The position numbers were made by a program, and so were the translations under genes. DNA of 63,295 nt, counting the filler, from Choristocarpus tenellus KU-1152 (lineage: Eukaryota; Protista; Phaeophyceae), in the NCBI GenBank assembly GCA_964200185.2. It is 10 parts of 10 records of this genome, joined end to end, with 100 filler letters (N's around TTAATTAATTAA, not from the genome) between each part and the next. Parts side by side here need not be neighbours in the genome. Positions count along the whole stretch, not along the records: positions 9,600 to 24,511 come from CAXNAD020001096.1; 9 more parts are not named here. The stretch is one strand, 5' to 3'. A model generated the notes under the pieces. That model was given only the letters and a program-made list of their open reading frames with translations, was not told the DNA's origin and did not search any database. Shown piece after piece: positions 10,157 to 23,639 of the stretch; position 1 is the stretch's first letter; each line of letters begins with the position of its first letter.

Positions 10157-13100
10157 TCACAAGACTGTGGGTACAGTGGTTAACCAGTCAGTTGCTGTCT
10201 GCCCATCATCATTCAACCACACACCAGCACCACTCAGCTCTTCTTTTCCATTCCTCTGGACTGGGGATGACTCGGGTTGAGCTTTCAATGCCCCCCCTGG
10301 TCCTGGTCCTTGTCCATGTCCTGGTCGAGGCCGACCACCATTGTTGGTTCTTGGGGCAAGCCCAGAGACATTCCCAGTTGCCACACCTGTTGCATGGTAG
10401 CTCTCCCCTCTCCCCTGCCCTCCAGATGATACACTCCGCCGCCATCCTTTCCGCTGGGTTGTTGACACAAAAGTTAAATGGTTAGGCAGAACACAACATA
10501 CGGGGAGCACCAGCTTCAGCCTGAACAAAATCCAACACCTTGGAGCACCTCACTACTCAAGAGAGGGAGTTCATTTTTAAAAGGCCTTTAACTGTAAGTT
10601 TTGGCATACTACACACAAAGGAAAACCTCAGTGACATACAAAGGTTTTTACATGATACTCACGGGTTGATTGTTAGAGCCTGAATGCAATACGGCCCAGG
10701 CTTCAAGGCTCTTTCAAAATCAAAGCACTGTGTGAATGAACCGAAAAAACATTCCTACCTGCTGTAGGTAGTCAACTTTAACGAGGCTGTGATTGGGAAA
10801 AAAAAGGTTTCCATGCTTAAACATGCTTACAGTGTTCCAAGTACAAACAAAAGGTCAAGGAGGCAAGAGTTGTCTACCTTTTGTACATTGATCTTCAGAA
10901 CTCAGGAGGATCAAGTAGGTCAAGCCCCACATCGTGCTTCTATTGTAAGGGGAGGTAATCCATGAGGTTTTTTGAGGAGTGAAGAGCACAATGAACCGGA
11001 CAGGACACAAATCAGTTGGGGACGTTTCACCTGGAGGGTGCGGGCAATTTGCCTGTCCAAAATATGCGTGCATGGTGCACAGCATCGCACTGTCTCATTG
11101 GTAGTATGCCTTGTTACGGCACCTGTTACCCTGTCCGTTGCTAGAATCTACAAGGGAGATAGGATGTGAGAAAAATCGAAGGCGCAGGGTGGGGGGTCAA
11201 CACACACAGGGATGCAAAAATAGAGAGGTAGTGGAGTGGGTCATATGGTATGATTACAAGAGAAACCGACGCCAGTGTAATAGATGTAGCTTATACTGAC
11301 ATGCTTAACTCTCCAACCTACTTCGACAGGAATCTGTATTGCTCTCACAAGAAATCAAAATTGTGCGGTCCAGCACAGAGTTGACCTACATTGTATATGC
11401 CTTGGTGTAAATACGGTTTCTGCTGAGTCAGCTCTACGTATGGCAGAGACGGAGAAACATTGATTTGATGGTATATTCGGTAAAGCATATACCGTTAACA
11501 ACATACCTCATACTGTTACTCTGACTCGCTGACCTGCCCATATTCGGCATTAGCTGCTATCTTGAATACCTCGGACTATGTAACACTACAACATAACTCT
11601 ATCGTGTGCCCGCAGCACTCTAGTTCAAAACACGTACTCCACTAGGTAATGCATGGAATACTTTGGTTCAAAACATATGTAACATATGTTATGTACTCCG
11701 GAACGCTGCATTAGTTGAACCGTTAACACAAAGTGTTAGGGCTAGGGCTAAGAAAGTGCAATGTTGTCCAAGGTGTACCATTTGCAGTTTCTTGGTCTGA
11801 CATGTTTTGGAGTCCCCTTTACATGCTGGTAATAAGGATATAGTGCTGGTGTCACTATTTTCAGTCAACAAGCACTTAAGAAACACACCAATCAACCTCA
11901 TAGCACTTGCAGGCACTACTGTATACACAACTAATCAAGTTTCCAAAGAGAAATCAAAGCACCACTGTCCTTAAACAGCATCAATATGTTGTGCCCTTAA
12001 AGCAACATCAAGTTATTCCTCTACAGATGAAGGGAGTAATGCTACAAGGGGAAGAAGCACAGGCACACTTACATTCATCATGCACACATAAAACACATAC
12101 AGACATATATATGCTACAAAAAGGGGCATGATCACGCAAGCACGGGGAGTTGGTACAAAACAAAGCTACATAAGGGTGTACTAATCGATCGAATTGCCGT
12201 ACTGCTCAACTGCAGTTTTCCCTTCAAGGTGGATGACTCAACAGCAGAGCAGACAGTAGTGATTTGAAGCATATGACTTGAAGCAACAGGAACGCCAACA
12301 CCAGCAAGGTCTACTTTTGAGTCAAGTATACATCACCTACAAAGCATCTTTCCAAAGAGTAGTCAATAAACAAAATCACACTAGCATCACTTTCTTGTAC
12401 CCCCCCTCCCCTCACTGTCCCCATGACTTGCCTTGTCACTAATGGCAGTATGCGAACACGACCCACAAACACAGGCTCCACAGCGACGGCAGTGGTGCCG
12501 TCTGACAATGAAGTTAAAAGGGCGGGAGCACACCATGCATCCTGCTGCCGCCGAGTCCGGCACCCAAAGGCATCTGTCATTGATCTACTTGAGTACACAG
12601 GGGAGCACAAACTAGCCTGTGGGTTTGTATGCACAGCCACGAGCGAGACAATTCAGTGTGTAGTCTAGGTGTGGATTGATGGATAGTGAGCTGACTCCGG
12701 GGCGTGTCTTACTTGATGCTGATATCCTACACTATAAAATTACGGTGCTTGGCATAAAACACATGAGGGGGGGGTGGGGAGAGGTGAGATACTTACCATG
12801 AACCTTTTGACTATGCACTTTTTCACTTTTTTTTTCTGCCTTAACATCCCTAGCCCAGGACAGAGAAATAATCTTCAACACACCTCCTGAATGTGTCACT
12901 CATTTTATGGACTCAACACAATCCTCATTGGGGCAAACAACTTCATTTGTCATTGTACACACTCGGAAACAACTTCGACTATGCTCAGCAAAATATTTTT
13001 GTTAAGGTCCAGGGAAGTGACCTCGCCTAGTGCATCCAAAATACTGCGTGAGAGCTTTTTCTGTTGAAGCAAAGTCGCATCGAGGGTCAACACTCAGTTT

Positions 13101-16100
13101 GCCTGTGATGCAATGTCTTCCAGGGGGAGGTGCAAACAGCAAAACCCTTTGCAAAAGACACCTACTTTGAGAGACATATTATCATGGTCTTCAAGAGCAA
13201 TGGTGAGGGCAAACGCCAAGGGAACCCAATCGCTTTATGCTGCTATAGTTATCAACATTCAACAGAGCATGTCCATAATGGATCGAATAGAAACATCATG
13301 TTCAAACAAAAGTTATCATATACACGCAATACCTGGAGGTCTCCCTCCAGTCTCAACCTACCTCTAAAGCTTTTTGAACCACAACATTGAAGGCATTCAC
13401 AATACGAACTATTGAAAAAAAACTATGGCATCCGCCCTCTTCTCCTCCCCAAGTATTTTGTTGTGTGTTCTCACAAGTAGCTTGTGCCAATTGCTGTCCA
13501 GGGGGTCTTCCAGCTCGGCTTTCACGCCCTTGTTTCCATTGGAAACCCGATCGAAAGTCCTTCCCCGAACATCTGCAGGGATGTCTTCTGGTGCAATGCC
13601 GCTGGAGATCTGTACCTTACCTGGGGGACGGCAGCGGTGTTCTTCTGAGCAGACAATTCCACGGCACTCAATGTGCAGGTTCATCTTGCAAACACTGCAC
13701 CTGTGTTCCAACAAAATTTATGTGAGGAGTGAAATGACAGTGAGGGAATGATCGGCTAGACCTCAACTTCAACAACTCTTCTACTGGGCAATGTGTTCAA
13801 GCTTTTGAGCAAAAAAACACTGCTTTCTGTGAGTCCTATATACTTTTCATGCTCATTCTGACTCTTCACCTAAATTTGGATCTCTGACAAAGGGTGGTAA
13901 TAATTGTGGTGTGCTCTGTTTCTATTTGCTCTTGTCTATGAGAGTCAGAAGACTATACTGAAAAGACTGAGCTGTTCAGGAACTCCACATGAATGCATGG
14001 AAAATTGGGATGGGGATTAGGAAAGGGACACCAAGGGGGGAGAGCAAGCAGGAGTACTGCACAAATCGCCTGTAGGGCTGGATAGAACAGAAGCTCTAAA
14101 GTGCAGAGAGACCTAGTCTCAGGGGCACAAGGTGCCTTTCTTACTATTCTAATTCGTGGTGCAGAAGAGGATAAAAAAACTAATCAGGTTCAAGCAGGAA
14201 AGGTGTCCCACATGGGGTATAGTAGATGGTGGTGTGATATCAGTAGAACCCATCTAGACTAAGGAAACTTCTAGGCGAATTGAGGCTAGTCTTGAAAAAG
14301 GGCTCAATCTGAAATGCCTTGGGGAAGCAGAGGCTAGTACTACACATTGCTACAAAAGGTAGTGCTGTAACTTTGAAGTGGCTGTGTATTCAGAAAGGTA
14401 TTCAAATAGTAGTAATGCTACTGCTGCGAAATAGCAAACTTTTTGGGGGGGAGAAAGATGCCGTACAAGGGCACAGTAGATCAGAACACTGCAATAATAA
14501 CCACACCATCACCAAATTGAGGACCCACATCAATGCAACAGTCCCATGTACACCCTTTCCCCCTCAAAAACTGTTGATAAAAATAAACCACCAGCACAAT
14601 ACACAATTCAAAATTTGAGACATTAATGTTAAACCCAGGAGTACTGTGCTGATTATGGTCAATGGCACAAAGTCCAGGGCACACATCTGCTTCCCTCGCC
14701 ACATGTATGTATCACTGGCACTCACTGCAGTCCCTGACTCATGAGACCAACAAGGAGCTGGGAACAAGCATCGCAGAATGTTGGCGCAATATAGGTATGC
14801 ATCTGGAGGGAGTGGACTGATGCCAGGGTCCGATGCTCACCTACAGTAAAATGGAGGATAATTTTTCAATGAGTGGGGCAGGCACGGGCATTGAGTTAGA
14901 AGAGATGTGTGCAGTACACACACAATATTCGTTGTTTCATGGAGTAAAAAGTAGTGAGGGGTTTCTCATAGTCCCTTATCACAAAATACAGGTTACTACA
15001 TGATATGTGCGCTCAACATGAGGCAGAAGGAATTAAGATGTGATAGCTACTACTAACGGGGAGATTTACTTAGAATAGGTGCGCCTCTCAGAAGGCCTGG
15101 CCTGAGACACATCAGACCCTCTCCAAGAGCTCCAACAATAAATTAGTTGACAACTTAAGGAAAGAGTGGTGAAACAGTGAAACAACAGCGAATACAAGCA
15201 CCCGTTTTTACTTCTTCACACCACAGAAGTCTAAGGTTCGAAGCATAAACTATAAGGCTTCCAATGTCTCTGCTGGTGTCACCAATATTCCATGGGATAA
15301 AATATCATGATATCTTACCATCTGTTGACTCCTTGTAAACCCATGGGGACGGCCAGAATGACTTTTCATCAGACAAAGTAAAAACAAAGAAGGTTTTGCT
15401 CATGGCGTCTCAGGATTCAATTATTCATAAATCACAAGCATCCAGTCAAAACTATAACATCCCCCATATTTATCGGTCTCCGGACAGAATGAAGTGACCA
15501 AGGAAGCTGTCAATAATTATGACATTTTCTTGCTTCATCGAGTTGACAACCATTAGGCCTACTGCTCTGAAGCTTCTTCATTTTTTTCTTTCTTCCAGGT
15601 TCGTTTGTTCATTTCATGGTACAGTAGTTGTGGTCGACACACAACGCCGAGATCGTAAGGCATTTGGGCATTGAAGAGATAGAAGGTAGATTGGACATTG
15701 AGACATACTCCACACTGAGCGAGGTGTGTAAATGTTCGCTTTACCTGCACTCCCTCCATACCCTTCAAATGAAGTACGCAGGTTACTCGAGGTTCCTGTC
15801 CCCCCTTCTTCGGTAGAACCCCTCTGTCGCCCAGGCTGGAGATGAACGTTGGCACTGGCTGAAGGCTGCTTTGCAAAGTTTGCAAAACCGTCATTACCAT
15901 CCATTACATTTTTTGACACCCCTAGGGGATCATCCATCCATGAATGGGATGCGTTCAACGTGGTCCTCCGAAGCACTCCATTCATGTCTTCCAATAAGGC
16001 ACTACTGCTGCTAAGCTGGTCCACACCGGCACGCAGCACTTCGGACTCAGAGGGTCGACTTCTGAGCGGGTTTGGAGATGACACAGAGTTTACTTCAGCC

Positions 16101-16315
16101 GCTAAAGGCGAGCTTAGAGGAGAGATAGAGGGAGGGTAGGTGGTAACCCTGTGCTGGTCCCTAGTGGGCATATGTGGAGGTGTCCAGTCGTCCTCATCTG
16201 ATCCGTCATTTCCACTCTTACAGGGAGCAGGGATACCCATAGAAAGGGGATGTGGTTCTTCACCACCGAGGGGATGCGTAGACACGCGATCTAGAACTCG
16301 ACCTGCAGTATCCAT
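10157..16315 (-). CDS. C1 (DAG/phorbol-type) + FYVE zinc-finger protein, ~521 aa; exons 16315-15745, 14840-14726, 13700-13475, 13060-13027, 12849-12797, 12584-12432, 11147-11031, 10453-10157
   Basis: C1: HSLQMHTYIAPTFCDACSQLLVGLMSQGLQ|CSVCKMNLHIECRGIVCSEEHRC. FYVE: WVPDSAAAGCMVCSRPFNFIVRRHHCRRCGACVCGSCS...VRCCAPC. All exon phases join to 1566 nt when GC donors at 13026 and 12431 are used. Confidence 0.85.
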
Positions 16316-17739
16316 CTCTGCTCTATGCCTACTTGAACACGTAGGGTTAGTCTACAAATTTAATCACATTTATCAGATTGTTCGTCGGTATGGGAAATGG
16401 CGAGATATGGCGCGCGCACTAGCGCAGATAATATCTTCAGAACGTAGAACCTGCCACCACCATAAAACCTATCGAAAGCACCAAATATCTTTTGTATGTT
16501 CACATCGTTCACATGTAAAATACACTATCAACCGTGACGATGTGTACACCCACTAAAATGATATCCTCCCACGAGACGAATCAGAAGTGGGGGGTGGTCA
16601 CCACCAGATCTTCTTGGTGAAAGCAAGTCCTGTTGAACAGTTCAATGCCGCCAGAAGTAATCCGTCAGTAAGGACAACCAACCCTATAAATATATTAAGT
16701 TGGGTCAAGACGGAGACGTCTTTGCTTACGTTAGTTGGAACTACTACAAGAAGACAGGAAAACACGTTTTGCTACAAGCCAAGGCAACTCAATCAAGCAA
16801 TACTCAATGTCGAGCAGGTCAGGACATATACATGCTCACTCCCTAGTTTCTTTCCGTGTTATTGCTTCCCACACTTTTGGTCTCTTTTTCTATGGTTTGT
16901 TAATCAATGTAATTTTTTATTAATACGTTTTGTTTTGGTGATTTATGTAGGTGACGAGTGATAGCATTTTATATAGATAATAACTAGATATGGGACTTTT
17001 CTGCGTTTAATTTTCATTGTCGTCTTCCTTCTTGTTCATTTACGATTCTTCCCCAAAATTTCTTCTCGCAAGTATTGAATACAATGAACTTCTGTACAAA
17101 TAGTGGGTGGGTCCTCGTCTACCTTTCTGGGGTAGTACAGGAATGGATGGTGTGCATTATCACCAACAGTGTGCTCTGAGGGAGGAATTGTTATGCCCCA
17201 TCCATAAAATTGACAGAATGAATCAATGCCAGTAGTAGTCAGTTTGCTGACACTGTACATAGCTTGATTATGAGTGTATGTGTATGCATGTAGTATGTGA
17301 TGTGTGTAATGCAACAAACCATGCATTTTGTACGTTGACGTAATATGGTCTTGCTCACCTTGTGGTGCCACTCGTCATGGTCACTGGTGTGGCCTGTAAA
17401 GGCTTTGTATTTCCTCCACACGGAACTAAATGTAACATAACTTTTGCAAGCTCCGTTCTCGCCTGGGAATGACCCACGTGATAAACCCTCTGGACGAGGC
17501 TTAGTTCTCATATAGAGTGGGAGGCGCGCAAAGTTGTAGGTGTGATGGTACACAAATCCCTTTGTATGATGACCACTTTTTGATAATACAGATAGTACAG
17601 AAAGTATTGCATTGGTCTGTAAAAGAGGTCAATCTGTCCCTTAATCAAAACACTTAAAACACTTCGATCTACATTCTTCTACAAATGAGTGGCCAAAGCT
17701 GTGGTCTCCCTTGCTTCCCTGCGGGATCCGTGAAAGCTT

Positions 17740-18715
17740 GAGAAGGTGAAGGTCAAGCAGTGGATCAAGTCAGTCCTCTCAGACGAGCCGAAAGTCAACA
17801 GGGTGGATTTCGTTATCAGTCACAAGCACAGGAGGTGGTGAAGTGGGGTATTAGAGGACAATCTATATTACCGGATGCATGTGGACGAGAAGCAGTTTTA
17901 CATCCTCAAAGATGACCAAGGTATGTACCTGCACCCCACTGAGGATTCAACCAAACTCCCATAGGTGCTTGTATCAGCCATGGTGGACAGGGAGAGGTGT
18001 AGGAAGCTCATGATCGAGGATGTCATCCTGGCAATCAAGGCCCGCATACTTAAGGCTGGCAGGACACCATCTTTGTACAGCAGAACGGGGCAAACTAACA
18101 CACCAAGGAGGGCATCATGGAGGCAATCGGCGAGGCGGTGGGGATGACATTGTCATAGAGACCCTTCCAGCCAACTCACCTGACCTCAACGTCAACAGCC
18201 TGGGATTCTTTGATTCCATCCAGCAACTGAAGAAAGATGTGGGGGTGACCAACACATAGGAGGTGGTGGATGCTACAGAGCCAAAGTAAACGAGAGGTAC
18301 CCAGTTTTTGGCCGTTTTGAACTATAAGCCAGCTTTTGCAATTCACCCTTATTTCTATGGATGAAGTTCTATGTTTGAGTTGGGAGTGTTGATTTCTCTA
18401 TTGTTTGAAATTTTTTGACACAATTTGGAAAGTATCCTCTATGCATTTGTAAAAAAGTGGAATTTTGCACATATTTACTGGCACCCTTAATGTGCAACTC
18501 TGAGCACCTTTCGTTTACTTTGACTCACGCATCTGATGTGTACCCCTAGGAGACAAATAGAGCGCGTCTGGAAGAGCCTCTTTCGGAATTGAGTGTGAAG
18601 TGCTGGGGTCCAACGGTGGCAACGTCTTCAAAATTCCCCATCTCAGCAAGGAAAGGGCGGAGAAGGCTGGCAAGCTCCCCCCAAACGTCCCCGTGGATGT
18701 GGCAAAAGACCGTGC
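17740..18715 (+). mobile_element. Decayed mariner DD39D-type transposase, interrupted by a MITE
   Basis: HVDEKQFY (DEKWF), QQNGAN*H (QQDNAxPH), PANSPDLNVNSLGFFDSIQQL and C-terminal GGNVFKIPHLSK...GKLP; stops and frameshifts. Confidence 0.85.
18278..18526 (+). mobile_element. MITE family B inserted in the mariner remnant
   Basis: TIR GAGCCAAAGTAAACGAGAGG ... CCTTTCGTTTACTTTGACTC; flanks ACA/ACG; second copy at 28736. Confidence 0.85.
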
Positions 18716-18943
18716 TAGAGTGGAGTTTTGGAGGGCTTAGGGGGCACAATCATAGGTGTAGGCTGCCCCATTTTGCTTGAGATTTTGGTGGGCAACCTTT
18801 TTAGTGTCTGCACAATACGTAAGGACATGAAAAAGAACTTGCTTCTTCATCAGGGATGGAAAAGTTACGGTATATTTAATTCCGAACGGAGGAATTGCCC
18901 AACAGGAAATATCCAAGTAATTTCAACAAAAGAAAAACGTTTC

Positions 18944-19199
18944 ATGTCAAACCAACCGAGAGTTAGGCAGGGTGCATTTCAAAGATCCCGAGAAAGGGGA
19001 AAAAAATACCATTTGTACAATTGCAGAAAGAGCATTTGCTGAAGTGTAGTTCGACTTTTTGGGGGTAAAGGGGAAACATCAATTTTGCATACGCTATTGC
19101 GCACATAGAGTAACAAAAGGAGTGTATGGTATAGGCTAAGAAAGATGGGTTTACATGAAAAAAGGTTGAAACCTGCCTACTTCTCAATCGGTTTGGCTC
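18944..19199 (+). mobile_element. MITE family C
   Basis: Ends GTCAAACCAACCGAGAGTTAGGCAGG ... CCTGCCTACTTCTCAATCGGTTTGGCTC; internal TTGTACAATTGCAGAAAGAG shared with copies at 25618, 39795 and 49562. Confidence 0.8.
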
Positions 19200-20592
19200 T
19201 TTGTCGCATTAACAAAATTACTTCAAATTATGTCACAAGTCACATACTCTTTTCTCCACTGTTGATGAGAGAGTCCTTCTCAGAATCTGGTGTTGACAGG
19301 ATTGAACCCCTACAAATACTAGCAGTAGGAGGTAGTATCACAGCGTAATATAAATCAATAACATCAGTACAAGGCCATGCTGCATTTCGCTCTCATCCTC
19401 AAGTCTCATTTCTTTTGTTGATACTGTAATAGTACATTTTACATTGGTAGGTTGTACCTCCCCCCGCTCATGAATATATATATATATATATTTGCTACTA
19501 TAAATAGTACTGCTTTTGATACCCCTGACACTGAGCACTGAGTGGAATACAGAAGAAGAGGTAGGCAGAACATGATGATAAAACCCTTAGCGGTGGCTTC
19601 TTCAGCTATTGAGTCAGGACGAGAAAAATGTTAAGCTGGTTGTGATGAGAGGTGGCCTCTAACTCTATGCACCATAATGTAAAATAACACCAAGTCCCAA
19701 CCTAGGTACTACTTGTCATGTCAATTTCAGTCATCTGGGATAGGGGTATTGCTCCAAGATATATACCCACTCCCCACAAAACATGTAGGAACATTTCCGC
19801 AAGACAGACATGACATAGTTTATTGTAATCCTACGACTATTGCAACTAATTCATTTTGTCCACAAGTTGCACACATGAAGGCAACTAGCCAATACAAGTA
19901 TTTTATACGTATATGTGCTCTGGTGCCCTAGAGAGACGAGAAGGACCCACTTCCACACTGTTTCTCTACACTCATTCATTGCACTAATACTATTGACTCA
20001 CTCATCAGTAGCACAGCACTCCAGGTATGATCATGGTATCCCGCAACACATGCATAGTAGAAGTCAATCCACGAGATCAACATACTAGCAAAAGGGTGTC
20101 CACAGTAGGATGTTCTGTATGGCAACTCTCAAGTACACAAGAATCAGGGGTTAAAACACAACCCCCCAATTTAAAGCAACACGACGGATTTCTGACCCTC
20201 TTCTGCACCCGCTTGCAGTCAAAGCTACCTTGCCATGTGTGCATATGATCCCAATCCACCAAATGGCATTGCCGTGCACCCCATTAGATTGAGTACATAC
20301 CATCAAACGTATGCACATCCGTGTGGTGGATTGAAAATATTCAATCAACAACAACAATCCTCTAAAACTCTCAGTCAATTCGGGTCAAAAGAGCCTCTTG
20401 GCACAAAAAGACAAAACCCCCAATCAAGTCAAGGCAGATGCCATTCAAACATCTGAAGCACTTTCAATCTTTGTCGCAACAAAAGCGGGAGCACCGATGT
20501 GCCAATGAGAAGTTACAACCATAATAATGAGATAGAGTCATCAAAGCAAACAGACACACACACACAAAATACACTCAAGCAAATAATGCATT

Positions 20593-23500
20593 TCAGACAT
20601 GATCAAGTGCAGAAGAGAGGGTTGACATAGCCTTGGTTTTCCCATCAGGAATCATGAAAAGCACTAGGGGCTTGCTGGAACCCCTGTATGGTTTGTCCAC
20701 CCGGAAGAACCCTCGCCGTTCAAGTTGGATCACATCTCCTTCTTTGAGGTTGCGAAGCCCCGGGTCACCAAGTGCATCAGTCTCAGCCCGTGTCTGTGAG
20801 AGAACAACATGGAATGGTCCAAGCAGGGGGTACGTTAAGCACACTGTCCAGGTTGTGTGAAACGGGTATGGCCATGTGAAGGTGACAAGTGAAGCACCGC
20901 ATTATAGAGAAGTTGCAGTATTACACTGCTCCATCCCTTGTGTATATTGAAGGCTATGCAGCACTCTGATCGCGAACAGGTCCACAGTTCTAGCATTCTA
21001 GCAGACAAAGGATTCATCACTGTTCCAGGATCGATGGAGCAAGTGGTACTGCCACTCACTTCAGAAAGACTGTCCTTCATTTAGCTCATGTGTGTTTCCC
21101 ATCAGAATCCCGACCATTTGTACAGACTCCAGTGGAAGGAAGTATTCCATAAAATGTCCACAGCCACAGTACTTTGAGTAATTTATGTACCGCATTTAAC
21201 AAACACAACCAAAACAAAAAAAAAGAGACCTAACCTTTTTAGTGAGGAAGTCCTTGAAGTTCTCGCCGTCCTCAATCTTGTCCTTGGTCACCAAGTAGTC
21301 AAACTCTGCCAGGACCATTGGAACCAGGTCTGGGACCTTTGGGCAGGGAAACAGACCGGAATCCAGCATTTAGAGGGAAAACCATGACAGCTAAGGAGCA
21401 CACTTAAAAAAATTATCTACATGATCTAGTTCACAGACCGGGGGCCTCAAGAGTGGTGGTCAATCAGGTCCAGAGGAGGAAATATTGGGACTAGGGAGAG
21501 GAGAAGGGCCTCTAGCGGTCATTGAAATTCAGGCAAAGTTGAGGACTACCTTGAGAGTAAAACAGAATTTGGTAAGTTGATGGAGGGAAGAAGGTGGACC
21601 CCTTCCAACATTCGTAGCAGCGACTTGAACAATATATTCAGGGGTTCAGCTCTTACTACAGTTTGGTACAGCTCTTCCAACTAACCAAAAATTGCGATGA
21701 CATTTTCTATGCCGACAAAGTGGTGTCCCCCTGCCACGGGATCTTGATGGAAAACCGACATAATCCCTTTTGACAGGTGTACAAAGGGGTCACAAAGGTT
21801 GATGCACAAAACTATCAACACCATTGACCACTACACATGCTGCAGAAAAAGATCTTGTCAATTTGCAGCTACAACTTAAGTGCCTGAGCCTTCTTAGTAT
21901 GCGATGACTAGAAGAGAGAGATGGTCTACGACTAAATAGTGTTGCAGGAAAGTCAGACCAAGGAGCAAAAACTGCGCCTACCTAAATAAATTGTAGTGAT
22001 AAACAAAACTAGATCCAACCAGAATAGGCTAGGATTTTAAATATCTTTCGGAGTGGTGGTCATCACATCTGTGAATGTCCTGTACAATGTTCTCCTATGC
22101 CTCTTAGATGGTTAGGCTTCCAGAGACCTTCCATGATTAATGGCGAAGCCTATCTTTGCTCCTTGATACACCCTATGATCTATAACCTGCAGGAACACCT
22201 TTCTACACACATACCGCCAAAACAAGACGTAACACAGGTCAACCACAAGGCTGCTATTATTTCTATCCTCCCCCCCCTTTACCCATGTAGTAGTGCACAA
22301 AACACATACATTTTAGAAACACTCTGCCATGTGTATGTACCCTAGCCCTTAACCCTAATACCAACTCTTTGAAATGATCATACTCTCGATAAGTTAGGGA
22401 AAACAAAATGATGCTCATGATGCTCCTTACACAACACTAAGGTACTGGTATCCGCCGCCCCTCCCCCCTCCAGGGCAGACAGATTGATGTGCATGCATGC
22501 ACAACAAAAATATGGAGCACAGATCCACAAAGAACCCTGTGAGGCTTGGTTGTTGGTGCTCACCTTTGCCAGCCAGGTGATCTTCTTCTTAGTAGCCTTG
22601 ACGTCTCCATCAGGAATGAACTCTCCCGTCAAGCCTGTTGCTTTCCCTGCCAGGTGGGTGTGTAGATGTAGATTGAGAGGTGTATGTATAAGGGTACAGA
22701 ACCATGATCAGGGATCATAGCTCAGCAGACAAAAGCCTGCAGGTCATCCGATACTCATACCGAAGCTCTAGATGCTTTGCCACTGGCAATCCTATGTATA
22801 GAGGCAACAATGACATGTGAAGTCCCATAATTTTTCAGCTCTGTAGCAGTGTTCTGTGGTAGTAGTGCTGCGGACACCAAATCTGTACTCTGGAGTAGAC
22901 TGCATACAACAGCAAGACAATATCCGTTGGGGAATCGACTAGATGAAGAAGGCTTGTATCGCAAACACACAAATTAAAAAAAAGAAAAAACACCACAAAC
23001 TTTCTTTTATCAGTGCTTTCAACGAACACTGGTTCAACCATAGAAAACAAACAGCATTCATGTCACCTCCTCAAAAATGATTCAATTGCACCTCAATCAA
23101 ATGTAGGTGTGAGCACAGTCACACGAGGCATCGCAAGGAGTTTTTTGTTTTGTTTTTTCTAAAAGACCAACCGACATTACAATAAAACAAACACAAAATT
23201 AAATAATAAAAATTAATAAACAAATAACTTGAATATTCTTCAATGAAAAAAAAAATCGAACTTGATCCAAGAATCACTGCTTCTGCTGAATAAAATCAGC
23301 ACATTGCAGAAAATAAGGAGAAAATTCAGGGAATGTTCCTTATCTCTGTAAGTTCGACTAGAAACACTGAGATAACTCCACCACATCCCCCAGGCAATAA
23401 TAAATACCATGCTAACCATTACAATCAAAGCGAAGCGGCATCTCTTCCAAGAAATTCAGTAGGAGAGGGAGAGAGAGGGGGACGGCCTTACCTCGGGCAT

Positions 23501-23639
23501 CCCGATCAACCTTGCTGACCTTGACATTGCCCCAGTTCTTCAGTGTAACCTCCTCCCCATCCTCGATTCCGTTGGCATCATCACCTTCCACCAGCGCCAC
23601 CGAGCTCAACCGCATCGCCCGCTTGCCAATCTCCGGGTG
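20593..23639 (-). CDS. Cytosolic-type glutamyl-tRNA synthetase, C-terminal anticodon-binding part; exons 23639-23492, 22646-22564, 21336-21235, 20793-20593; 5' exons missing
   Basis: HPEIGKR...GEEVTLKNWGN...DGDVKATKKKITWLA...EFDYLVTKDK...ALGDPGLRNLKEGDVIQLERRGFFRVD...LFMIPDGK; canonical GT-AG, phases consistent. Confidence 0.93.

Noticed and set aside
15319-15361. 43-nt candidate exon (AAG...GTAAGA) in the C1-FYVE gene
   Set aside because: Inclusion alone breaks the phase between flanking exons; possible only with another unseen exon.
17036-17553. Minus-strand ORFs with SYVTFSSVWRKY (transposase-like)
   Set aside because: Single weak motif; cannot assign a family.
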